Below are positions 40,979-51,616 of a DNA stretch of 64,000 nucleotides, piece after piece; position 1 is the stretch's first letter; each line of letters starts with the position of its first letter. The notes below the pieces were generated by a model. The model searched no databases. It saw nothing but the letters and a program-made list of their open reading frames with translations, and was not told the DNA's origin. The position numbers and the translations under genes were made by a program. The stretch covers positions 13,144,001-13,208,000 of the forward strand of contig NC_135264.1 in assembly GCF_964204865.1 (NCBI RefSeq), written 5' to 3'. The stretch is from Styela clava. Its lineage: Eukaryota.

Positions 40979-42089
40979 AAAAGGGCAATTGACATTTTGT
41001 CGAGTGTAACTTTGTGCACTTCCATTTTGTATTGTACAATATTTGCCATTTCATACCTTTTGGATTCAAAAATTTCTTTTTTTTACGCAATATTGAAAAT
41101 ATTGTAAAGTTCACTTGATTTTGTGAAAGCGCATGAAAGATATAATCTTTCTGGGTAAGAACTGCTTGCTTCAAGAAACTGTTCCAGTATTGTTCGTGTT
41201 TCATTTCCCTCAAGTTTGTATTCGGTGTCTTGGTTAGTGAAGATTGAACCAGCAAATCTAAAAAAAAATAGCAACCTGCGGCCCACAAAGAAAAACCGAG
41301 CGGCCCGGGGTAGATTGCCGATTTTAAATGCCTGCGAAACTAGTTTGTAATTTGGTTTAATCTGGTATGTGGTAATTCCAATTCCTCTGTGTTGCAAAGC
41401 TTATACCTGGCTCAGATTTTTTTTCAACCTATGACGCTACAATGCCCTAGCAGATAGCTTGTGCGAAGCGAACGACACGTGTCATTAGATCGATAACTAA
41501 AACTTTTGTGCCTTCAACTTCTAGAAAGCCTATGTTTAATAAAGGCATGGCCCATGGTTTCAGTCAGTTATTTGTATCTGTCAGTTATTTAAAGGTTGCA
41601 CACCCCTGGTTTTAAACTATAAACTTTCAATGATTTGTATCTAATACCAGCAAACCTTTTCTTCACATTAAGGTTTACTTTGTTTTTTAGCTCTCTCAGC
41701 TAATACATAATGCATTTGTTACCTTTTATTGCCTCATAGTGCATGACTTTGGGTCAAAGGTCAGTTGTGTGAATGTCTGGTTGCTGAAGTTCTCTTCCAG
41801 TATACAACTGTTGTGAAATACTCAAAATTAATAACGAATGGAACTTTTGAATATCAATAAAAATGTGTAAATTTTGTCAATATGTCAACATGCTTCTTGA
41901 AATTTACTTCTGTGTTTCTCCAGATTTTGTTTTTGCTGTAAAAATATACGGCTTGTCATAAATGTGGCTGGTCATATACAGGAGGAATTTTGAGGTATCT
42001 AACTTAATTTTACAGTGCTGAAACTAAAAGTGTTAGAGAATATTATTAGGTTGAAAAAAGGCTGTGGTGATAATATTGATGATTTCATG

Positions 42090-42460
42090 ATCTATTCGAT
42101 AAACCCACATTCAAGGCGCGTGTCCAGTTGCCGCGAATCGGACGATAATAAAATCTTTATCGGTAAATCGTAATCAAAAGTTTTTGTGCCATGATTAAAT
42201 GCTATATTAGACGAGGCCACAACTTTGTGATTTATGTTTGATAATCAGTAATTTATTGGTATGATCAAACAATGTTATCATAGATAAGTTTTATCAAATT
42301 AGAACCGAGTCGCTTATCTACAAAGTAACTATTTCTATATATTTATTATCAGTAACTATACTATAAATTACTTATCTTAATTGTCTCTATGGCATTGATA
42401 ATTTGAAACAACCGTTTAAAAATAGTGCGCTTATCTGCACGCTAATGCCATATAAATAGA
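42090..42460 (+). promoter_or_regulatory. GATA-site-rich proximal enhancer and TATA box of Not-like copy 1 (paralogous at 45010-45280 and 46960-47280)
   Basis: About 12 GATAA/TTATC motifs in ~350 bp, largely retained in the duplicates; TATAAATA at 42451 and 45269. Confidence 0.6.
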
Positions 42461-42514
42461 CCGTTACCCTTCAAGATTTCATTTACGTTACTAAACGATA
42501 TCAAAATATACAAA

Positions 42515-43501
42515 ATGATTTCTTACCGACATCCTTACCAAGCTGTCTCGAATGCTCAATGGACGCCATTTCTTCGTTTCAATTACGCAGGAAGTTCAGA
42601 TTTAGAAGAAATTACAACAAAGAAGAGGAAATTTTCATCAAATGAAGGTTATACGAAGGTCGCAATTGTAAATCAGAAGACACAAGATAGAAAAATTCTC
42701 GACTCTTCGAAGTCTTCCGAACAGGTGGAAGAAAAATTGAATAACCGACAAAAGAAAACGAAAACTCCTTTTACCATAGACGCATTACTGGGACATTCGA
42801 CCGAAAGCCCAAGCAAAAAAAGAAAACTTGAACTTCCGCAGTCAATAAAAATCAAAGATGATTCATTCGACTCTGGTTTTGCATCGTCTGGAGAAAACGA
42901 CGAATCAATTCTTGCATGTCCTGTTGCAAATGACAGTGGAATTTGTGTCAATGATTCACGAGAAAAATTTGGTCAAATTCATTCTATGACAACAGACTTA
43001 CCTCAACCTAAAGTAAAAAATAATCGACAATTACCGCACCCAGAAAGCTATAGTGGTTTATATATTCCTGTCAACGATGTATATTATTTACATTCCGGAT
43101 TACACCACTTTGTGCAGCAAAATTGGTTGTATCACAACCAACATGCAATATCGTATGCACCGATTGAGACTGCAGCTTTCGTTGGTCAAGGCAATACCTA
43201 CTCAAATATGTGTTCACATTCACCGAAACACGGATCTCAAAAAACAGAAAAGACTAAACGAACGAGAACTACATTTACTCAAAAACAATTAGAATATTTG
43301 GAAAGCGAGTTTAACAATCAACAATACATGGTTGGAATTGAAAGACGAGCACTTGCCAAAAAGCTCAGACTCACAGATGCGCAAGTAAAAGTTTGGTTTC
43401 AAAATAGAAGAATCAGATATAGGAATGAAAAGAAGCGCGAACCCGAAGAAGAAACCAACAAACTGGACATTCTCAAACGAGAAGCGATCGGAAAATGCTA
43501 A
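42515..43501 (+). CDS. Not: Not/NOTO-like homeobox protein, copy 1 (intronless)
   Basis: Homeodomain KRTRTTFTQKQLEYLESEFNNQQYMVGIERRALAKKLRLTDAQVKVWFQNRRIRYR; QQYMVG.ER and QVKVWFQNRRI are Not-class features. Also has an eh1 motif (PFTIDALL), a TATA box and AATAAA. Confidence 0.88.
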   Translation: MISYRHPYQAVSNAQWTPFLRFNYAGSSDLEEITTKKRKFSSNEGYTKVAIVNQKTQDRKILDSSKSSEQVEEKLNNRQKKTKTPFTIDALLGHSTESPSKKRKLELPQSIKIKDDSFDSGFASSGENDESILACPVANDSGICVNDSREKFGQIHSMTTDLPQPKVKNNRQLPHPESYSGLYIPVNDVYYLHSGLHHFVQQNWLYHNQHAISYAPIETAAFVGQGNTYSNMCSHSPKHGSQKTEKTKRTRTTFTQKQLEYLESEFNNQQYMVGIERRALAKKLRLTDAQVKVWFQNRRIRYRNEKKREPEEETNKLDILKREAIGKC

Positions 43502-45333
43502 GATTTCTTATGTTTATAGATTGAGTTCCATAGTTTCCTATAGAGGTTGTCTTTATAATAATTGTTCATTAAAAGTTTCATGAAATAAAGTTTTCAATAA
43601 AATATATCAAAATATTTGTTCCATTTTGTTGTTAAGTATAGTGTATGTGTAAACAGCTTAATTCCGTTAGATACACGCTGAATGACTAATTTCAAAATTA
43701 TTAACAGAATGAAGAATATTTATTTCGATGATGCTCTCGTCTTGAGGTTAGGGCTGGGCATTTTCGAATACCTGATGATTTTCGAATCGAATTGAATACT
43801 TTTTCGGATTGAATCTCGATTACGTGGAAGATATGTAATTTTATGTGATTTTCTTATTGTAACGAGTTCTCCAGACACGTAAAATACTGAAAACAAAAAA
43901 ATCTATTACTCAGTTAGTCCGCCTCGACCTATGGCGGAAAAAAAGCAAAATGACAACGATTCAATATTCTCATTGGGACTGATTCGATTCGGAATGCCCA
44001 TTCATACCTGAGATACACAAACTTTTGATTGCTTCCAAAGGGATCGATTGTAGTTAAACAGCTCTTCTTAATTCCTGAGAACTCGGGCTCGACAAACTTT
44101 CTTTACTTTCGAGACCAACCCAAACATCGTTCTATCTCCTTCTTATCTACTTTTCAATCGTTTTATCTGATAGCTGATAAAAGTTAGTTTAAGTTCAGGC
44201 ACGCCAGATCATTTCCATTCACTAATTTGCGGATTTGTTTATTAAAAATACCTAGTTTTTAGCCATTAACTAGCAAATAAAATTTTCATTCCATTTTTTG
44301 AAACATATGGGTCTACGAGATGAAGATAGTGAAAAAATATAATACGGTGAAAACTCTTCAATTAGTCTGAAAGGAATTTTAAATTTGGACAAATTCATCC
44401 ATTCAATCCTATTTCATTTTTATTCTTTTAAAGTTTTCGAACGATAAGAATTTGCGACCAGAATTAATGACCTGACAAAACAATTAAACAAATACACATC
44501 AGTTTTTCAACATTTTAAATCTGGAACAACCCTTCGAAATTCCGAAAACGACTAAAAAATGAATAATGTTTCAAACTTGAATGACTGTACATTGTCAAAC
44601 GGTAATTAAATTTCATCCTATGGCTACATTATTCAGGGTTGATCAGACCCTTGCAATTTCATTCCGTTAGAGCAGAAAACTTGTTAGCCCAGAATCAATA
44701 TTGAAAATTGCGGCAACGCACACATTTTTATGATTTATTTATTTTATTTCTTAGAAATTGAATAGATAAAACAACAATATTGTTCCACAAATATGGGCAT
44801 GATGTGTCTGGTGAAATTTTGTACAAGTACCCGCGCCTACAAGAAGCAAAAGATATATATACTTACATTCGAGTAATATATATATATATATATAGCTTCA
44901 ATGCTATTAATGCATCGATGCTTAATTTTAACTCGAGTAAAAATATACGGCTCGTCATAAATATGGTTCTCAGCATATACATGGACGTCGTTTTTCTTGT
45001 TTTACATTGATGATTTGCTATATCGGACGAGGCTAAAACTTTTGTGATTTATGTTGGATATCAGTAATTTGTTGAGATGATTAAACGTAATTATGTTATC
45101 GTAGATAAGTTTTATTATATTAGAACCGATTCGCTTATCTATAAAGTAACTATTTTTATATATCATCCGTATAACCAAACGCGTGCGATTTATCTTAATT
45201 GACTCTATAACATTGATAAGATGAAATAACCATTTAAAAATATTGCGTTTATCAGCAAGCTAATTCCATATAAATACACCGGCTATTCTGAAACATTTCA
45301 TTAACAATATTAAACGATATCAAGATATACAAA

Positions 45334-46326
45334 ATGATTTCTTACCGCCATCCTCACCAAGCTGTCTCCAATGCTCAATGGACGCCATTTCTTCGTTTTA
45401 ATTATGCAGGAAGCTCGGATTTAGAAGAAATTACAATAAAGAAGAGGAAATTTTCATCAAATGAAGGTTCGGGATTTACGAAAGTTGCAGTTGTAAATAA
45501 GGAGACACAAGTTACAAAACTTCTCGACTTTTCGAAGTTTCCCGAACAGGTGGAAGAAAAAATAAATAACCGACAAAGGAAAACGAAAAGTACTCTTTTC
45601 GCCATAGACGAAATACTGCGACATTCGACCGAAAGCCCAAGTAAAAAGAGAAGACTTGAACTTCCGCAGTCATCTAAAACCAAAGATGATTCATTCGACT
45701 CTGGTTTTGCATCGTCTGGAGAAAACGACGAATCGATTATTTCATGTCCTGGTGCAAATGACAGTGGAATTTGTGTCAATGATTCACGAGAAAAATTTGG
45801 TCAAATTCATTCTATGATAACAGACTTCCCTCAACCTAAAGTAAGAAATATTCGACAATTACCGCATCCAGAAAGCTATAGTGGTTTATATATTCCTGTC
45901 AATGATGCATATTATTTACATTCCGGATTACACCACTTTGTGCAGCAAAATTGGATGTATCACAACCAACATGCGATATCGTATGCTCCTATTGAGACTG
46001 CATCTTTCGTTGGTCAAGGCAATACTCACTCAAATATGTGTTCACATTCACCGAAACACCGATCTCAAAAAACAGAAAAGACTAAACGAACAAGAACTAC
46101 ATTTACTCAAAAACAATTGGAACGTTTGGAAATTGAATTCAGCAATCATCAATACATGGTTGGAATTGAAAGACGAACACTTGCTAAAAAACTCAGACTG
46201 ACAGATGCGCAAGTGAAAGTTTGGTTTCAAAACAGAAGAATTAGGTATAGGAATGAGAAGAAGCGCGAACCCGAAGAAGAAACCAACAAACTGGACATTC
46301 TCAAACGCGAAGCAATCGGAAAATGA
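45334..46326 (+). CDS. Not: Not/NOTO-like homeobox protein, copy 2 (tandem duplicate, intronless)
   Basis: Highly similar to copy 1 over its full length; intact ORF; homeodomain QLERLEIEFSNHQYMVGIERRTL...WFQNRRI. Confidence 0.88.
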   Translation: MISYRHPHQAVSNAQWTPFLRFNYAGSSDLEEITIKKRKFSSNEGSGFTKVAVVNKETQVTKLLDFSKFPEQVEEKINNRQRKTKSTLFAIDEILRHSTESPSKKRRLELPQSSKTKDDSFDSGFASSGENDESIISCPGANDSGICVNDSREKFGQIHSMITDFPQPKVRNIRQLPHPESYSGLYIPVNDAYYLHSGLHHFVQQNWMYHNQHAISYAPIETASFVGQGNTHSNMCSHSPKHRSQKTEKTKRTRTTFTQKQLERLEIEFSNHQYMVGIERRTLAKKLRLTDAQVKVWFQNRRIRYRNEKKREPEEETNKLDILKREAIGK

Positions 46327-46774
46327 TAGGGATTTCTGATGTTTACAGATTTAAGTTTCATAGAGGTTGTCTTTGTAATAATTGTTTATAAAAAGTTTCG
46401 TGAAATAAAGTTCCTAATTAATAACGAATATATATATATATATTAACAAAATGATCTATGTGTTTGTGTGTGTGCAGCTCAGTTCCGTTAGAGAAATGCT
46501 GGGTGATTAATTTCAAAATTCTCAACAAAATGCAAAATATTCAATTCCAGGATGTGGGTTCTCGTCTTGACGTTAATTGAAACAAACGTTTATTGTTTCC
46601 AGAAGGATCAATTTCAGTTGAACAGCCCTTCCTAAGTCTTACGAACTCAGGCTGACAAACTTTCTTCACCTCAGCGATCGACCTGAATATCGTTCTATTT
46701 CCTTCTTACTGATGGATGATTTTATTGGTTTTAATTATTATAAATGTGTAGATTTTGTTAATAAGTCAATTCAT

Positions 46775-48067
46775 TTCTTGAAATTTACTTCTGTGTTTCT
46801 CCAGATTTTGTTTTTACTTTAAAAATATACGGCTTGTCATAAATGCGGTTGTGGTCAAACACAGCAGAGATTTTACTCCGTTGTTTTCCTTATTTTATTG
46901 AGGAAAATATTCGAGGTATTTTGATGGATATTGATCGTTCCAACGCGTATGATTAGAAATTTATATCTATTCGATAAACAATTGTAAATTTGGTTGAAAT
47001 TGATATTACAGTGGGGAAAATAAACTCCTAAAAAATAGATTAAGAACTTCAATTTAGGGCGCGTGTCCAGTTGCCACACGTCAGACGATAATCAAATCTT
47101 ATCGGTAAATTCTAATCAAATGTTTTTGTGCCTTGATGAGATGCTATATCAGATGAGGCTTAAACTTTTGTGATTGATGTCGGATAATCAGTAATTTTAT
47201 TGATATAATCAAACGTAATTATGATATCGTAGATAAGTTTTATCACAATAGAACCGATTCGCTTATCTACAAAGATTTATATATTATTATTATTTCTTAG
47301 TTTCTTTTTTATGTTATGAATTTAACCTTCTGGCGACCGGGAACATTCCAAGTTTCTGAGTTTATGCCAAGGTCATCAATTGATAGAAAGTACTTTACGT
47401 AAGATGTGAGCTGTTCCAAGAAGAACGGTGCAAAAAAATTGGATGTATCACAACCAACATGCGATAAAGTATGCACCGCTTAAGACCACAGCTTTCGTTG
47501 GTCAGAGTGAGGGCTGGGCATTTCGAATCGAATATTCGAATCGAATCGAATAGTAAATTATTCGAATCGGTTCAAAGCTAAATTTCGAATCACCGCCATC
47601 TTGTTTTTTTGTTTCCGCCAATGATCGAGGTGAATTCCTTAATTTTTTTTTCATTGAAGTCATATTTTTTCAACGCAATTCTAACATATGACTATTTTCT
47701 GTAGTGAGTTATTGTTTAAGTGTTTTTGTTATTGTGTGTGAACGCTCACAATCTATCTGAGTGATGTATTCTATGTCTTCAGTAATTTATTTGTTAGAAG
47801 ACCAATTACTATAAAAAAAAGTCGCTTACAATTATATATTTCCAAGTATTCAAGATTCGATTTGATTCGAAAAAAATTATTCGATTCGATTCTGAAATCA
47901 CAAGATATTCGAAAATGCCCAGCCCTAGTCAGAGTAATACTCACTCAAGTATATATGTGTGAACAAGAACTACATTTACTCAAAAACAATTACAATATTT
48001 GGGAAGCGAGTTCCACAATCAACAATACATGGTTGGAATTGAGAGACGAACACTTGCTATAAAACTC
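46775..48067 (+). pseudogene. Third Not-like copy: duplicated upstream region plus deleted, MITE-interrupted CDS fragments (47437-47508, 47936-48067)
   Basis: 46775-47275 matches 41894-42325. 47437ff encodes NWMYHNQHAIKYAPLKTTAFVGQ and 47962ff encodes TRTTFTQKQLQYLGSEFHNQQYMVGIERRTLAIKL. Lacks the ATG region and helix 3. Confidence 0.9.
47509..47927. mobile_element. hAT-like MITE inserted in the Not pseudogene
   Basis: TIR (g)agggctgggcattt / aaatgcccagcccta; TSD gtcagagt; ttcgaatcga subterminal repeats. Older relatives lie at ~31165-31565, 40501-40870 and 43750-44005. Confidence 0.9.
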
Positions 48068-48293
48068 GGTACTCCCGAAGTGTGTAAACCAAGATGGCAG
48101 ACACCGGGAAGTACCAGCTTAGGGTTATGCCATAATTTCAGCTACAAATACTAACGGAGTCAATTGGCTAGTCCTCCAACTCGTAATAGAACTGAAATAA
48201 GGAAAATTGGAATAAAAATATGGCCTAACCCTACCCTGGTACACATACTACGTTTCGGTGTCCGCCATCTTGGTTCATATATTTCGGGATTAC
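48068..48293. mobile_element. Merlin-like MITE truncating the Not pseudogene homeobox
   Basis: ggtactcccgaagtgtgtaaaccaagatggcagacaccgg ... cggtgtccgccatcttggttcatatatttcggga; same family as 59177-59411. Confidence 0.8.
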
Positions 48294-48599
48294 TAATATT
48301 TCGACTTGGCTTTAGATCTCAAAAAGGACCTTGGCTCTCGGTCCTTCACAGATTCGAAATTTCAAGAATTCAAAATTTTACAACATATTTTCTTTATTTT
48401 CTTTATTTTCTTCCCTCGAACCATGTCGAAATAAGATAAACAGAACGCGTTCGCTGATAACTTGATATCCCAGGAACGGGTTCGGACCAACTTACCAGTA
48501 CGAACCCCCTCAATGCATTTTAAACCAGTAACAGCATTTCAGATAGTTCACGAAAATTGTGAGGTTGCGCAGAATACGGTATTGTGACATATCAAATAT

Positions 48600-51500
48600 T
48601 GTGAAATAACATGTTTCATCATTATTCTCTTTGTCTCGTCTTTTTCTGGCGTCACCTGGTCATGTGATTCCTAATAACCAATAAAAGGCAACTTCTCTTC
48701 CTCCTCCGTCGTCTTTGTTTCTTTAATATGTTTAAACTTTTTTCTTGCCACGTCAAAACTTTGTATGCGCAGTTGCAGTCTTTCAAATAGGACGCCGTTG
48801 GGTAAGCACGTTTTTTTATTTTTTTCAGTTTGTACATTTAACTTCGATAATCTTGTGTTTTTGCGTTTATATTTACATACAGATTTATTTATACTTAACT
48901 CAAACTTGAAAATATTGCCTCGAATGTCTGCACAAAAAAGGATCCATCGCCAGTTCTGATTAGAAACGAAAACGGAAGATGATGCAATGATTACTAGCTA
49001 AAGTTGAACTTAATCATTCAGTTAGGCATAATACTAAAGTCTAGGTTGGTGTGTAATTATTGAATCAAAGACGAAGACAACGACAAATGCAGACGATTAA
49101 GAACAATAATATGTACAAGTTAGTACATAGGATTATAAGACGCGAATTAAAATTTACGATTTAGGTTTAATCCGGGTATATTAATCATCCTGTTTTTTTG
49201 CCTTCAGTATTGTATATATTATATTCCTAAAATCATATCTGATGTATTGTTGTTTCGCTCGTATTTTTGCAAACTGACTGGATGCAACCAATCTTCAAAT
49301 GTTGACATCGATAACTATTGGAGCGGAACAAGAAATCCGATTCGATTAAAATCAGACGTCACACTTCTCTTTGTTTCTTTATTATTTTCAGCCTTTTTTG
49401 ACACGTAAAAATTTTGTCTTGGACCGACCAGTCTTTTTAAATTGGCGCCGTAGGTGAGTGCTTTTTGAATTGTTTTGTGTGAATCGGCGTGTCGCTAATA
49501 TTCTCAAATTACAGCACTTTAGTTCACTTTTAATTCAAGTTTTTTTGCAGTTATGTTGATAAAGTTAACTATAAAGTTAAACTTGGCCTAAAATTATTAA
49601 TTAATTTAAATATCTACGAACTGGCAGTTGGATTACAAGACTTGTGAATGTGGAAATTGAAACGATGGTTGGTGAGAAGAACCTGCGAGGGCGCGGACAG
49701 AAACAAAGTGGCGCGATCATGGATTATTAAGGTAACTGTTCATTGTTAACGGGTAACACTAGAGGAAAAACCTAGATCTAAGCTTAAGTGTTAAAGTTCC
49801 CTCGTCCTTAAGTTTTTCTGTCGTTATATATCTCTAAATAGCAGGATTTTAAATACATATGAATGGAGAGTTAAAGGCTGCCCAGGTGCTATACAACCGC
49901 TATTTGTGTAAATTTATATTAAGTCTTAAATTGAACCAACCAACCAATCTGTTTTTAATATCTTGTTTTGTTTATGTAGTCAAGACGTGAACAAGCTTCG
50001 CATGTTGACATTGGAGACTGGTGTGAGGCAGGAACTGCGAATAGTTAAACCAAGCATTATATTAACATTTGTGACTGCATCTATGTTGAATCACAACTGC
50101 TAAGCAGGTATTAATTCTGAATAAAATATTTTGTTCATTTTTCTTGGCACGTTAGATGTTTACGTTTGGTAACGTTATTTTTATGTATGTGTGTTGCGTT
50201 CCTCTTTGTTCAAAAAAAAATTTTTCTTGCAGCTTATTTCTAATTCTTTAAGTTTTACTATTGCAGTTAGGCTAAACTTAGGCTTTAATTTATTGGTTCA
50301 AATATCTACGTAACGAAAATGAGACTTCAAATACCGGAGTTGTTGGAGTAAACGAAAACGGATGGTGTCTCCATTACCAGCCAAAGTTAAACATATTCAG
50401 GTATGCTATACCATTACCTTAATATAACGGTTGGTATCTAATTCTTGAATCGAGGACACACAGGGGACGCCACCACGGATTATTAAGGTGAACTGTTAAT
50501 TTGCTTCGAGCCATAAGTGCATGAGCGTAGGCTAATATAGTATAATATACATTTTGGCTATAGTATAATATACAAACTTGGCCAAGTGTTATGATTTCGT
50601 CAGTGTCGTATTGTCATCTCATATACATATTCCTTAAAACAGAACTCTAAATGCATACATACACGGAGTTTTCATTGTACTGGCTCACGCGTGGAACAGC
50701 GTACCCTTGCTGCAGGTGAATCCAAATTTACATTTTGAATAGATTTCCAATATGCCAAATACGACTGGATGAAAGACGTCGATGAACATCGAATTTGGCA
50801 CAAATTTTCGGGCTATTTCACAGGTTATATTTTTGTTTGAAAACTTTCTTCAATTCTATAACGATGAACTAATTTTTAATCAGGCTTCTCAAAACTGCTT
50901 TCTCGGTGCGCCGTTTTCTCGGTGCGTCACGGCGCAAGTATTTTCAAAGATGCCATCAACAGAAGTCTGTTATATTCCGCGTTCCATTCCGTTAATTATT
51001 TTAGGGTACCAGTGTGGTACACGATACTTCTGCATGATAGATGGTTGGCATCGAACAATGTGTTCCGATTCTGTCTGGCACCGTATTGTCTCTTCGTAAA
51101 TTTCTTCATACTAGAATCCTGATTAACTACATTTTTGTAGTCCTACATTACACTCCTCGCTGTGATAAACACTGCCAATACTAATCACTCTGTAATTTCT
51201 TTCAGCTCGTTGTACTTTAGTTTTAGTCTATATAATGTAACTTAGCTAAGTATTATGCTTTCGATCGTATTCATGCAAACTAGGACTCGGTATATAAACA
51301 AGCTGAGAATGTTGGCATCGTAAACTACTGGAGAAAATGCGGTTAGAGGAGCGTTGACTCGAGATCAGTAAGTAAGTAGATTCAGATTGGTATTTTTGAC
51401 TGTAGTTAAGTTAAAATTTTATTCTCCCATCACCTCCGCATTTCCTTTTCCTTATCAACCATTAAAATTATTTTTGTTGATAAACTTGAAAAGTCTTTAA

Positions 51501-51616
51501 TTGTAATTACACGCCTGTAGAAGGTGGGATGAAAGCACGACGTTGATATTGTGGCCATGGATGGCCGTGTGACGATTGAAGTTTATATGGACGGCAAGGT
51601 AAATTTTTATACGCTA
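48600..51616 (+). repeat. Degenerate tandem array (~0.7-kb period) of mini-exon-like units without a conserved ORF; candidate spliced non-coding locus or decayed gene
   Basis: Recurring motifs: ggattattaag|gt (49721, 50477); atgttg(a/g)cat..(a)act (49299, 50002, 51309); cag|tta..g.taaactt.g...aaatatctacg (49550, 50266); ttt(g/c)(a/c)cacgt.aaa...cagtcttt..aa...gcgccgt.g|gt (48745, 49398). Confidence 0.65.

Noticed and set aside
49715-49740. ggattattaag|gt as a spliced-leader RNA gene (ascidian SL exons end in TAAG)
   Set aside because: Only the last few bases resemble an SL. The motif sits at the end of ~200-nt AG-bounded segments and the copies are too divergent for SL genes.
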